From contig JBKEHH010000015.1 of assembly GCA_046710535.1 (NCBI GenBank), positions 3,525-67,524 on the forward strand: a stretch of 64,000 nucleotides of DNA, read 5' to 3'. Every line of letters starts with the position of its first letter. Position 1 is the first letter of the stretch. Below are positions 31,741 through 42,383 of this stretch, in pieces. The translations under genes and the position numbers were made by a program. Source of the stretch: Pseudomonadales bacterium (GTDB lineage: Bacteria > Pseudomonadota > Gammaproteobacteria > Pseudomonadales > CAWVSB01). The notes beneath the pieces are model-generated. The model was not told the DNA's origin and did no database searches. It saw only the letters and a program-made list of their open reading frames with translations.

Positions 31741-32457
31741 ATGCTGGCCGGCTATTTTATCGGAGGATTTATGGCAAGAATTGGTGACAGCCTAAAAGGC
31801 AAGCGGGTGTTAATTACCCAGAGCGATGAGTTTATGGGGCCGATATTGTGCAAGGTCTTTGAAGAGCATGGCGCTATTGTCATTGCCGACCCACGGCCAA
31901 TGGCTCAGCCAAATATTGCCGAGCAGGTTATTAATGACGCCGGTGATGTTGATGTATTAATTGCTAACTTATCGGTGCCGGCGCCGGGCACGCCAGCAGA
32001 GCAAGTAACCGATGCAGAATGGCAGACGGTGTTTTCGCATCTTGTTGACCCTATGCCGCGCTTAATGCGCGCTTTACTGCCAATGATGAAAGCCAAAGGC
32101 GCTGGCAAGGTGGTGTTTATGGGTAGTGCTTCAGCCATGCGCGGTATGAAACGGTTTTCTACTTACAGCGCAGCGCGGGGTGCGCAGGTATCTTATGTAC
32201 GAGCGGTAGGCGTAGAGGTTGCTAAAGATAATATTCAAGTCAATTTAATCGCCCAAAACTTTGTCGACAACCCAACTTATTTTCCGCCTGAGGTACAACA
32301 GCTGGAAGCGTTTCAAACGCGCCTAGCAAGAGAAGTACCTATTGGGCGCCTAGCAACCCCAGAAGAAGATGCATTATTTGCCGTATTTCTAGCATCTAGC
32401 GAGGTTAACTTTTTCGTTGGCCAAAGTATTGCCTTTGCCGGTGGGTGGGTTAATTGA
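31741..32457 (+). CDS. Short-chain dehydrogenase/reductase (SDR) family oxidoreductase
   Basis: Rossmann-type N-terminus GKRVLITQSDEFMGP and an SDR-like catalytic region (GSASAMRG...YSAARGA). The likely start is the ATG at 31771 after GGAGGA. Confidence 0.8.
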   Translation: MLAGYFIGGFMARIGDSLKGKRVLITQSDEFMGPILCKVFEEHGAIVIADPRPMAQPNIAEQVINDAGDVDVLIANLSVPAPGTPAEQVTDAEWQTVFSHLVDPMPRLMRALLPMMKAKGAGKVVFMGSASAMRGMKRFSTYSAARGAQVSYVRAVGVEVAKDNIQVNLIAQNFVDNPTYFPPEVQQLEAFQTRLAREVPIGRLATPEEDALFAVFLASSEVNFFVGQSIAFAGGWVN

Positions 32458-33188
32458 TGATTGTTGTAGGCCACCGCGGGGCAGCAGGCGAAGCGCCAGA
32501 AAATACTATTGCAGGTTTCCGTCATGCTATCGACCGAGGTGTGCGCTATCTAGAGTTTGACTTACGCCTGTCTAGCGACAATGAGATTGTGATTGTGCAC
32601 GATGAGACAATCGATCGCACTTGCTACGTTACCGGCAGAGTTGATTCTTTGTCAGTGAAAGAGCTGGCAAAACTTGATGGCAGAAAAAGTGGTCCGCCAT
32701 GGTCAACTAAAACAGATACTGGTATTGCCAGCTTAGCTAAGGTGTTAGAAAAAACACCTGAAATAAAGCTGTATCAGTTTGAGGTTAAGTCTGCGCCTAG
32801 TGATGTGTTGGCAGAAATAGCTAAGCAATTAGCGACACTGTTTCCGACTAAAGCATCTGCTAAGAAAATTGTCGTCACCTCGTTTGATACCAAAATGCAT
32901 AAGCTAATGAAAATCCATGCACCTTATATTGCGCTGGGTTTGGTCAGTGAAATGCAAGGCTGTTTAGCCCAAGCGCAAGAACTAAAATGCGACTATTTAA
33001 TTATTGGCAGCAAAATTTGTACCCCAAATTTGGTTAGCAGAGCGCATAAGCAAAACATTCAGGTGTCGGTATGGACGGTGAATGAGTTAGCCACCATTGA
33101 AAAACTTCATGTCATGGGGGTGGACAGTATTGTCACTGATTATCCGTCGATGGCGATTCCTTTCGTAGGCAAACTACAGCGCGAATAA
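32454..33188 (+). CDS. Glycerophosphodiester phosphodiesterase family protein
   Basis: GDPD N-terminal motif VVGHRGAAGEAPENTIAGF...LEFDLRLS...VHD. The start (ATG 32457) overlaps the SDR stop. Confidence 0.85.
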   Translation: MMIVVGHRGAAGEAPENTIAGFRHAIDRGVRYLEFDLRLSSDNEIVIVHDETIDRTCYVTGRVDSLSVKELAKLDGRKSGPPWSTKTDTGIASLAKVLEKTPEIKLYQFEVKSAPSDVLAEIAKQLATLFPTKASAKKIVVTSFDTKMHKLMKIHAPYIALGLVSEMQGCLAQAQELKCDYLIIGSKICTPNLVSRAHKQNIQVSVWTVNELATIEKLHVMGVDSIVTDYPSMAIPFVGKLQRE

Positions 33189-33199
33189 TAAGGCTGCTT

Positions 33200-34701
33200 A
33201 TGATAATTAAAAAAACAATAATATTTACCCTCGCCTTTTCTTTTTGTAGTGCTGGCTGGGCCCAGCAATCAATAGACTTAGTGTTGCAAGGCGGCCGAGT
33301 TATCGACCCTGAAACAGGTTTTATGCTATTGCTAACGTTGGCATCAGCGCTGGTAATATAGTTGCTGTATCAAAACAGCCGCTAGTAGGCAGTGCCATAA
33401 TTGATGTAAGCGGCAAGGTGGTTACCCCAGGATTTATTGATTTACACACTCATAGTCCAACTGAGCTAGGGCAGTATTACCAAGCATTTGACGGTATAAC
33501 CACTGCGTTGGAACTAGAGCTCGGTGCTTTCCCCGTTACGCGCTATGGTGAACACATCAGCATCAAGCCAATGATTAATTTTGGCGCGTCAGTTGGTTAT
33601 ATCCCTATTCGTGGCTTGGTTATGCAGGGCGTAGTGCAGGTAGATATGGCAAGTTCCCCCAGTATTACCGGCTGGCGTGGATTTAAAACCTTAGTAAAAA
33701 GTTTATATAGCGATCCGCGCGATACCTTTACTAGACAGGCATCGCTTGGCGAGATTGAAGAGATTCGAGTATTGCTTAACAGTGGCCTCGACAGTGGTGG
33801 TTTGGGTATTGGTTTAGCGCTTGATTACATTAGCGAGGCAGTAAGTGAGGCCGAACTTAATATGATTTTTGATGTGGCGGGTTCCAGGCAAGTGCCAATA
33901 TTTGTGCATGTACGCCGCGGTATCAATGGTGACCCAGCAGGCTTGCGAGAAGTAATAGCGCAAGCAAAAAGAGCCGGTGCTAGCGTGCATATTTGCCATA
34001 TAACTCATAATGCGATGAAGAATATTGATTTGTTTTTGGCAGAAATCAACCAAGCGAAAATAGATGGAGTGGATATCTCCACCGAGGTGCTGCCTTACAA
34101 CGCAGGTTCGGCGTTAATTTCCTCGGCGGTATTTGGCCGCGACTGGCAGGCCATATTTAATATTACCTATAGTGATGTTGAGTGGCCGGCTACCGGCGAG
34201 CGCTTTACTCAGCAAAGTTGGGAGCAGCGGCGTAAACAAGAGCCTGATGGAGTGGTAGTCCATCACTATGTGAAAGAGAGCTGGACTCAAACTGCCATTA
34301 AAGATCCATCAGTAATGATAGTGAGCGACTTAGTGCCAATGCTGTCGTTGGATAAAAATGTGGCGCCGCATAATGGCGCGTTTACTAAAATTATTGGCCA
34401 GTATGTACGCGATGAAAAACTACTAACCTTGTCACAAGCTTTGAGCCGGATGACTTTAATGCCAGCGCAGCGACTAGAAGAAATAGCGCCCGCATTTAAA
34501 CGCAAAGGCCGTATTCAAGTTGGTATGGATGCTGACATTACCGTTTTTGATGCCGATAAAATAGCTAGCCAAGCAAGCTATCAAAACGCTTATCAAGAGG
34601 CGACGGGATTAGATTATGTAATTGTCGCTGGTCAGCCAATTATTGCTAAGGGTAAGTTAGTGAAAGCTGTGTATCCCGGTGAGCGATTGTTAACGCAGTA
34701 A
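33200..34701 (+). pseudogene. Secreted amidohydrolase (D-aminoacylase family) with a frameshift near 33317-33325
   Basis: The ATG at 33200 gives a signal peptide plus LVLQGGRVIDPETG, then hits a stop at 33359. Shifting one frame restores AIANVGISAGNIVAVSKQPLVGSAIIDVSGKVVTPGFIDLHTHS, which continues into ORF 33418-34701. Confidence 0.8.
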
Positions 34702-34703
34702 AA

Positions 34704-35432
34704 CTACTGCTGATGTATATGTACATCGCGCTGTGGGAATGGAATTGATATTCCTTGGGCGTCGAAGGCAAGCTTAATGGCTTCATGGGCATTAAAATAA
34801 ACCGGCCAGTAATTGTCTGACTCACACCAAGGTCTCACTGTTAGTTCGATAGCGCTGTCACCGTGGCCACTAACAAAAATGTCTGGAGCAGGGTCTTGCA
34901 GCACGTTGGTGTCTGATGCTAATACATCGCTGATAACTTGCTTCACCTTTAATATGTCGTCACCATAGCCAATACCAAATGTCATGTCGACACGACGGGT
35001 TGATTCAATAAAGACATTTTTCACGCAGCCGTTAGACAAATTGCCGTTAGGAATAATCACCCGCTGGTTGTCTAGAGTTTTTAATATAGTGTTGAAAATT
35101 TGAATTTCTTGAACTACGCCAACATAGCCTTGGGCGTCTATAACGTCGCCAGCTTTAAATGGCTTGAATAACAAAATCAAGATGCCGCCAGCGAAGTTAG
35201 CTAGGCTGCCTTGCAGTGCTAAACCAATGGCTAAGCCTGCTGCACCTAATAAAGCGATTAACGACGCAGTCTGAATGCCGATCATTGAGGCAAAGATAAT
35301 TAACACTAATGCCTTAACCAGAATGTTAGCCATACTGTGTAAAAAAGACGCTAAGGTTGGCTCGGTAGAGCTGCGTTTAACGGCTTTATCCATTAACCCG
35401 ACGACACGGTTTGCTACCCACCAACCGATTAG
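34704..35432 (-). pseudogene. MscS-family mechanosensitive channel, 5'-truncated
   Basis: Strong MscS core (IQTASLIALLGAAGLAIGLALQGSLANFAGGILILLFKPFKAGD...). Family similarity continues upstream of the first ATG (35393) as ...LIGWWVANRVVGL, then ends abruptly. By alignment to E. coli MscS from memory, the N-terminus including most of TM1 is missing. Confidence 0.65.
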
Positions 35433-36253
35433 TTGGTTATGTTGGTGGCGCTTATTTGGTGCAATGGTTTGATTGGCGCGTTGCCTTCGTGGTTGTCGGC
35501 TTGCCAGGCGTATTGTTAGCTATTTTATTAAGACTGACAGTTTTGGAACCATCCAGAGGGTTTTCTGAAGCGCGAAGTGATACCGAAGAAACCTCATTCA
35601 AGGAAGTGTTAGCCTTGCTGTGGTCACGGAAAGCGTTCCGGCACCTATCATTTGCCTGCGCTCTCCACGCTTTTGTGACCTATGGCGTTGGTAACTTTAT
35701 GGTAATTTTCTTGAGCCGGGTCCACGATATGCCAACCATTGATATTGGTAAATACTATGGGCTGGTCGCGGGCATAGGCGGGTTGGCAGGAACACTGGCA
35801 GGTGGTTGGCTCTCTGACACAATGGCCAACAAAACCAATAATAAAAACTGGTATATCTGGATACCCTTTATCTCGACCATAGCCGCAATCCCCTTTGCGT
35901 TGGTCACTTTTCTAGTAATGGACAATGGCATGTCTGCAACACTGTCGTGGGTTATACCCGTATTTTTCGGCGGTTTCTATCTTGCTCCCTGTATTGCAGT
36001 GACCCATGGCATGGTTGGGCTGCGCATTAGGGCATTATCATCGGCGGTATTGTTCTTTGTGCTTAATTTAATTGGGCTGGGATTAGGTTCCATTCTGACG
36101 GGGTGGGCTGCAGATATGTTGGAGCCAAAGTATGCAACTGACGCCATTCGCTATGCGTTGTCGCTAACCATTATGGTCAAAGTGTGGTGCGCTTTTCACT
36201 ATTACATGTGCACGCGCACCCTCAAACACAGTTTGGATAATGCACCGGCATAG
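35411..36253 (+). pseudogene. MFS transporter, 5'-truncated (C-terminal part only)
   Basis: Begins mid-protein at GYVGGAYLVQWFDWRVAFVVVGLPGVLLAILL (the TM5-TM6 region of MFS proteins), followed by the C-terminal six-helix half. There is no N-terminal half and no credible start. It abuts the truncated MscS gene head to head. Confidence 0.65.
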
Positions 36254-36280
36254 CCGAAACACTTAGCCTGATGCTATAGA

Positions 36281-36303
36281 AAATTAAGGGGCGGACTCCG
36301 CCC
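36281..36303 (-). terminator. Candidate terminator after the GST gene
   Basis: Hairpin gggcgg-act-ccgccc, followed on the minus strand by ttaattttc. Confidence 0.45.
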
Positions 36304-36320
36304 ATTGATTCAACTAATGC

Positions 36321-36932
36321 CTAGGCACCGACACTTGCACGCTCGCTGACTCGCTTATACCACGCCGCTATATTCTTATTATTTTCATTTAGCGGCTGTC
36401 CTACTTGACTACCAAACTCCAAAAATACAAACAAGAGAATGTCAGCAAGAGTAAAACGATCGCCACAGATGTAGTTTTTCCCTTCCATCAGCCCATCCAA
36501 CCATGTCACTTTCTCTTGTGCCAAAGCTTTTAAATCGTCGGCAGCCTGCGGAAGAAGTCGCATGCGATCTTTGAATATCGCCTCTCCTTCAGCATATCTA
36601 AATGCATTGACCAAATTTTCTAAAATACCGTGATCAATTCTTCGTACCCACATTCTGGTTTCTGCACGCTGCGCAGGCGACGTTCCAATTAACTCCGATG
36701 GCCCAGTGACTTCGTCAAGATACTCGCAAATTGCGGTAATTTCCGAAATAATCTCCCCACTATCTATCTGTAAAGCGGGTAATTGGCCTGCAGGATTGAG
36801 TTTCAAATACTCGTCCCGACGGTTCTCTGCAGCCATCAGATCGACTTCGTGTAGTTCAAGATCGGCTTCACATTCGACTGCGAACATACGAACTACTTTT
36901 GGGTTAGGTCCCATTGAATTGAATAACTTCAT
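36321..36932 (-). CDS. Glutathione S-transferase family protein
   Basis: 203 aa with GST N-terminal (NPAGQLPALQIDSGEIISEITAICEYL) and C-terminal domains. Confidence 0.85.
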   Translation of the reverse strand: MKLFNSMGPNPKVVRMFAVECEADLELHEVDLMAAENRRDEYLKLNPAGQLPALQIDSGEIISEITAICEYLDEVTGPSELIGTSPAQRAETRMWVRRIDHGILENLVNAFRYAEGEAIFKDRMRLLPQAADDLKALAQEKVTWLDGLMEGKNYICGDRFTLADILLFVFLEFGSQVGQPLNENNKNIAAWYKRVSERASVGA

Positions 36933-37160
36933 TATGATTTTTCCTTGGTCAGTTTAATACCAGTAATGCCATCGCTAATTGAACGCCATAAGTCATGCCA
37001 GCTCGGCCCCTTTGTCTATTAACCCTTGCTGATTTTCCATGCTATTACTCCCTGTTGTTATTTATACGTCGATTATTGTTTATGTTTGCGCTAAAAAAAG
37101 GAAAAGCTGCCAGCTTAGTTAACTCGGCTAGCACTATTAAAGGTGTTGTGGCCGTTGCGG

Positions 37161-38291
37161 CTAGGCTAAAACTTTATCTAAAGCGACGGCCAGGTTATTC
37201 ACAGTACGGTCAATATCAGCCAGCTTATCTAGGCCAAATAGACCGATACGGAATGTTTGGTAATCATCGGGCTCGTCACATTTTAATGGCACGCCAGCAG
37301 CAATTTGAAGACCTTCTGCCATGAATTTTTTGCCATTTTGAATATCGCCTTCACTGGTGTAGCTAACTACAACGCCAGGCGCCTCAAAGCCTTCAGCTGC
37401 AACGCTAGCAATACCTTTACTTGTTAGTAGCTCGCGCACTCGGCGGCCTAGCTCTAGTTGGGCCTGCTTTATGTTGTCAAAACCGAATACTTCGGTTTCT
37501 TTAATGGTGTCACGAAACTGCTTTAGCGCATCAGTTGGCATAGTGGCATGGTAGGCGTGGCCACCGTTTTCATAGGCTTGCATAATTTGCAGCCATTTTT
37601 TTAGATCGCAAGCAAAGCTAGTGCTAGTGGTATCTTCGATCTCACTTAGCGCTTTTTCACTAAGCATAACTAATGCGCTACAAGGTGACGCGCTCCAGCC
37701 TTTTTGGGGTGCGCTAATTAATATATCGACACCGCAGGCCTTCATGTCTACCCATACAGTGCCAGAGGCAATACAGTCCAAAACGAATATGCCACCAACT
37801 GAATGCACGGCGTCGCTCACTTGGCGAAGATAGTCATCAGGTAAAATTATGCCTGCCGATGTTTCTACATGGGGGGCAAATACAATTGCTGGTTTTTCAG
37901 CCTTAATTGTTGCCACTACGTCTGCTATTGCGGCGGGGGCAAATGCAGCGGTTTTCTCAGTGCTTTGTTTTTTTGCCTTCATCACTATGGTTTCACTAGC
38001 GATGCTGCCCATATCTAAAATTTGGCTCCAGCGAAAACTAAACCAGCCATTGCGAAGCACTAAGCACTTTTTGTCATTGGCAAATTGTCTGGCAACCGCT
38101 TCCATGCCATAGGTGCCGCTACCGGGAACGACAACAACTGCTGCGCTGTTATAGACACCCTTTAGGGTTGCAGAGATATCGTTTATCACCCCTTGAAAGT
38201 CTTGCGACATATGGTTTAACGAACGGTCAGTAAATACAACCGAGTATTCAAGTAGTCCGTTAGGATCAATATTGGGTAGTAAGCCTGGCAT
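37161..38291 (-). CDS. Class V aminotransferase (alanine-glyoxylate/serine-pyruvate type), PLP-dependent
   Basis: 376 aa with the PLP-lysine region SAPQKGW and an aminotransferase class V fold pattern. Confidence 0.8.
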   Translation of the reverse strand: MPGLLPNIDPNGLLEYSVVFTDRSLNHMSQDFQGVINDISATLKGVYNSAAVVVVPGSGTYGMEAVARQFANDKKCLVLRNGWFSFRWSQILDMGSIASETIVMKAKKQSTEKTAAFAPAAIADVVATIKAEKPAIVFAPHVETSAGIILPDDYLRQVSDAVHSVGGIFVLDCIASGTVWVDMKACGVDILISAPQKGWSASPCSALVMLSEKALSEIEDTTSTSFACDLKKWLQIMQAYENGGHAYHATMPTDALKQFRDTIKETEVFGFDNIKQAQLELGRRVRELLTSKGIASVAAEGFEAPGVVVSYTSEGDIQNGKKFMAEGLQIAAGVPLKCDEPDDYQTFRIGLFGLDKLADIDRTVNNLAVALDKVLA

Positions 38292-38714
38292 AGTTAATTC
38301 TCACTAGGTGGTCAATTAGGCGGCGGATGTTAGCGGATACTGCTTACGCAATCTATTTAAAGACGCTGAAAATAAAAATTAGCCGAATTCTTTGGCGCGC
38401 TATTTGTGTGCCTGCGCCTGCTTAAAATGATGTCAGTAGCCTTGTCATCTCGATTGCAGACCGTTAACCGCGCGGTTTGGATAGTAAAGCATAGTTTTTG
38501 CATCATATTAATGCGTGAAATAAAGTAACATTTTCAAGTAGGCCATCATGGTGCGTGGGCGCACACCGATAGTGCATAAATTTGTTACAAAACAATTACT
38601 TACAAAATAAAATATTATCAATAAACTATTGATTTTTAAATATAATGAGCTACTCTCAACTTGTTCGTTACATAAGGTAACGTTTTAAGCAGGTTTTAAC
38701 TTGGAGAAGATGCT

Positions 38715-39014
38715 ATGAAAGCTATTGTTATCGCAGCCTTATTGGCGGCAGCCCCCTTGTCTCACGCTGGTTGCAGTGAGTTTTTTGAACTAGATGAGCC
38801 CGCAATAGTTAGCGGCGCACAATCTACCTTGGCTGAAATGACAGCGCTGAGAACTGAAGTTGTGGATTATGTTGAAACAGGTGAGTCGTATGTCGCTTGC
38901 TCAGGTGCTCCTGATTTCTATAAAAACTATATTATAGAGAAGCTAGAAAAAGTAGCGCAGAGCTTCAACGCTGAAATAACATATTCAATTGATGATGCTG
39001 CTATAGCTCGCTAA
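38715..39014 (+). CDS. Hypothetical small secreted protein
   Basis: Signal peptide MKAIVIAALLAAAPLSHAG, a good RBS (GGAGAAG), and no recognisable domain. Confidence 0.5.
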   Translation: MKAIVIAALLAAAPLSHAGCSEFFELDEPAIVSGAQSTLAEMTALRTEVVDYVETGESYVACSGAPDFYKNYIIEKLEKVAQSFNAEITYSIDDAAIAR

Positions 39015-39232
39015 TATTGTTTATTCGAACCGGTATAGCGATAACAATATCACCGGTCTGTTACTAAGCTAATAACCCGCTAAAAACTGCCAGTTCTGGC
39101 AGCTTACAACTCCCCAAAAACATTTTTAATAAGTAATTAAGCATTCTGATATCAGAGTATAATTACGCTCGTGTTATATTAAGGCCATATAAAAAGCACG
39201 ACATTAGCCAGCTAAATAGGGCTTGGAACCGG

Positions 39233-41689
39233 ATGTTTATGAATTTTATTCGAGATTTTTTTAGTCGCGTATTACAAACCATTTTATTTTGGTGGGTGAA
39301 GGTGGGCGATAACCCCCATAACACCGATATTGAAGTGCTTAAAAACGCCCCTAAGCTTATTTACGTATTAGAGTATGAGTCATTAAGTGACGCGCTGGTG
39401 TTGGACCAGCAATGTCGTAAGCTTGGCCTTCCTTCCATTTTTAAGCGTGATAGCTATTTAGCTGGCGTCAGTGTTCAGCCGTTGTTGACGGTTAAGCGCG
39501 GTAAGTCATTGTTTGGCCCTAAGCCTGACGCAATTATTGGCCGTATTAAGTCAATTTTAGATTATCTAGCTGCAAACCCGAATGAAGATGTGCTGTTAGT
39601 GCCTGCGGCCCTTTACTGGGGTAGAGCGGCAGAAAATAATACAAATCCCATTAAGGCGATTTTTAGCTCTAACTGGACCATGGTGGGTCGATTTACAAAA
39701 GTGCTTACTGTTATTCTTAACGGTCGCAATACGTTTTTTGAACTTAACGACCCGGTGTCGTTAAGGCTGCTGTTGGGCGAAGAGATAAACTCAAATGTTG
39801 CCTCAAGAAAAGTTGCCAGATTAATAAGAGTGCACTTTAGGCGAGTACGCGCCGCAGTTATCGGCCCCGACATGTCACATAAGCGCTTATTACTAGACCG
39901 CGTTTTAACCTCAGACTATGTGCGCCGAGTGATTAAAGAGCAGGCCGAAGAGCAAGGTGTGCAACTTAAAGATGTGCAGCTGCTAGCTCGCAAAAACGCT
40001 GAAGCCATCGCCGCTGATGTATCTAATAACGCCATCCGATTCCTAAGCGCCATAATGTCGTGGGTGTGGAATAGGTTGTATCAAGGCATTCGGATGAATG
40101 GCATTGAACAAGTGCGTGAGCTAGCGCGTGACAATGCCATTGTGTACGCGCCGTGTCATCGCAGCCATATAGACTACCTACTAATGAGCTATTTGCTGTA
40201 TCACAACGGCCTTAACGTGCCGCATATCGCTGCCGGGGAAAATATTAACATGCCCGTCGTAGGCCTCTTGCTGCGTCGTTGTGGTGCGTTTTATATTCGT
40301 CGCCGTTTTGGTGGGGACAGAATTTATACCGCTGTTTTTCATGAATATTTACATGCTGTATTCACCAGCGGCTTTCCGGTTGAATATTTTGTTGAAGGCG
40401 GACGCTCGCGCACTGGCAGAATGTTAAAGCCCGCCACCGGTATTTTGTCGATGACGGTTACAAGTCATCTACGTGACAATAAAAAACCTATTGTGATTAT
40501 TCCGGTATATATCGGTTATGAAAAAATATTTGAAGCAAGCTCATATAAAAATGAGCTAAAAGGTAAAGAGAAGAAAAAAGAAAATTTATTCGATTTAGCT
40601 AAAACAGTACAAAAGCTCAATAATAATGGCGAGGTGTCGGTTAATTTTGGCGAAGCTATTCATCTTAATGACATGCTGGATGTTCATCAGCCAGCGTGGC
40701 GCGAAACCAAATATGAACTGTTTGATAAGCCCGAATGGCTGGCTAAGTTTGTCGCTAAGCTTTCGTTTGAGCTGGCGGCAAGGATAAACGGCGCAGCGGC
40801 GCTTAATCCAGTAAATTTGGTAGCCACGGCAATGCTTGCCACGCCACGCCAAGCAATCGATGGTCGCTTATTAGATCGTCATTTAAACATGCTTATCGAT
40901 ATTCAAAAATTCCAACCCTATAGTGATCGTATATCATTCCCTGAAGGCAGCAGCCAAAAATGGATTGAATACACCGAAAGCATGGAAAGCTTAAGTCATG
41001 TATCTCAGCCCCTTGGTGATATTTACGGTTTAAACAGTAAAAACGTTATTGCCATGTCTTACTACCGTAACAACATCCAGCATTTGTATATGGTGCCAGC
41101 GTTAGTGGCGGCATTAGTAGCACAGCGCGATGGCATTAGTCAGTACGAGTTAGAAGAAATTTTCGCCCGCATTTATCCGCATATAAGAAACGAGTTATTC
41201 TTGGCGGCAGATGTTGATCAGGCGCGCGAAGCAGTTGGCAGTTGGTTAAATTACTTTGCCGACAAAGGCTTACTTAATCACCAAGGCGATAAATGGTTTG
41301 CCATTGATAAAGCCTTATCAAGCCGGCTAGAGTTAGAGCTGTTGGTTAGTATTGTGCTGCCAGCACTAGAAAGATACTTCGTTGGTCTTTCAACCATGGT
41401 GCGTATTGGCAGTAACAAATGCACCAGCGAGGAGCTAGAAAAGCAGTCGCAATTGATGGCCCAGCGCCTGTCGTTACTTAACGGTTTAGATGCTCCTGAA
41501 TTTTTTGATAAAACCTTGTTCCGCCGCTTTATCGAAGGTCTAGAAAAACAAGGTGAGATAACTATTAATGAAAAAGGCTTAATTGAATTCGACACAGTAA
41601 TGGGCGAAATGGTATTTGAGGCCGATAAGATTTTACCGGCCGAGGTTGTTTATAATATTTCACAAGCCGCCGACTTTTCTTTAGGCTAG
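39233..41689 (+). CDS. plsB: Glycerol-3-phosphate 1-O-acyltransferase
   Basis: 818 aa with the acyltransferase motif HRSHIDYLL and other conserved PlsB blocks (FVEGGRSRTGR, IPVYIGYE). Confidence 0.95.
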   Translation: MFMNFIRDFFSRVLQTILFWWVKVGDNPHNTDIEVLKNAPKLIYVLEYESLSDALVLDQQCRKLGLPSIFKRDSYLAGVSVQPLLTVKRGKSLFGPKPDAIIGRIKSILDYLAANPNEDVLLVPAALYWGRAAENNTNPIKAIFSSNWTMVGRFTKVLTVILNGRNTFFELNDPVSLRLLLGEEINSNVASRKVARLIRVHFRRVRAAVIGPDMSHKRLLLDRVLTSDYVRRVIKEQAEEQGVQLKDVQLLARKNAEAIAADVSNNAIRFLSAIMSWVWNRLYQGIRMNGIEQVRELARDNAIVYAPCHRSHIDYLLMSYLLYHNGLNVPHIAAGENINMPVVGLLLRRCGAFYIRRRFGGDRIYTAVFHEYLHAVFTSGFPVEYFVEGGRSRTGRMLKPATGILSMTVTSHLRDNKKPIVIIPVYIGYEKIFEASSYKNELKGKEKKKENLFDLAKTVQKLNNNGEVSVNFGEAIHLNDMLDVHQPAWRETKYELFDKPEWLAKFVAKLSFELAARINGAAALNPVNLVATAMLATPRQAIDGRLLDRHLNMLIDIQKFQPYSDRISFPEGSSQKWIEYTESMESLSHVSQPLGDIYGLNSKNVIAMSYYRNNIQHLYMVPALVAALVAQRDGISQYELEEIFARIYPHIRNELFLAADVDQAREAVGSWLNYFADKGLLNHQGDKWFAIDKALSSRLELELLVSIVLPALERYFVGLSTMVRIGSNKCTSEELEKQSQLMAQRLSLLNGLDAPEFFDKTLFRRFIEGLEKQGEITINEKGLIEFDTVMGEMVFEADKILPAEVVYNISQAADFSLG

Positions 41690-41804
41690 TCCATGCTTTG
41701 GCAGTTAAGTGGCAGTCAAAGTGTTTGTACTAGGTCATGGTTTCGGGCGGCGCTCCGTATTAATCTGTAAGTGTGGTTAATAGTTAATTTTGGAGAATGA
41801 CCTA

Positions 41805-42243
41805 ATGAGCGACTTACCTCATCTATACAGCGTGAAATCAGTAGGTACAGCACCGGCACGCTGATATCCAGCGCCAATAATTTACCCGCTATCACCGTAG
41901 TGCCGCCGCTACAGTTTGCGGCCCCAGTGACCAATGATCGCCCGAAGATTTACTTATGGCTGCCGTCGCCAACTGCCTTGTGCTGTCGTTTAGAACTATA
42001 TCAAGAGCATCCAAACTAGTGTGGCAATCAATAGACTGCGAGGCGGTTGGCACCTTGGATAAAGTAGAGCGGAATATTTTATTTACCAATGTAACGACAA
42101 AGGTAAGGCTGGTTATTCCATAGGTTGAAAGCAAAGAAAGAGCCGAGAAAATGTTGATCAAGGCAGAGCAAGCCTGCCTTATTACTAATTCTATGTCCTG
42201 CGACTTACAGCTTGAATGCGAAGCTGTGTTTGACAGTGACTAA
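41805..42243 (+). pseudogene. OsmC/Ohr-family peroxiredoxin-like gene with two frameshifts and two in-frame stops
   Basis: Pieces read MSDLPHLYSVKSVGTAPAR / LISSANNLPAITVVPPLQF / GPSDQ*SPEDLLMAAVANCLVLSFRTISRASKLVWQSIDCEAVGTLDKVERNILFTNVTTKVRLVIP*VESKERAEKMLIKAEQACLITNSM... The TGA sits at the conserved Trp of GDQWSPE. Confidence 0.8.
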
Positions 42244-42383
42244 GCACTTGGCCGGAGTTTAGCCAGTGTTGCGTGGCTATTTACAGGATTTATTGATTCA
42301 ATGTTTGAGCGCTAATTTTAAAGGTGTTAATGTCCACCTAACCGCAATAGTAGTTGCTTCAAATTTAATCAATTGAGTTTGTT

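Noticed and set aside
42249-42262. ttggccggagtttag after the OsmC remnant as a fourth, older tRNA-Phe att scar
   Set aside because: Only about 7-8 nt resemble the tRNA 3' end, and the accompanying terminator-hairpin unit is absent. The match is too short to distinguish from chance.
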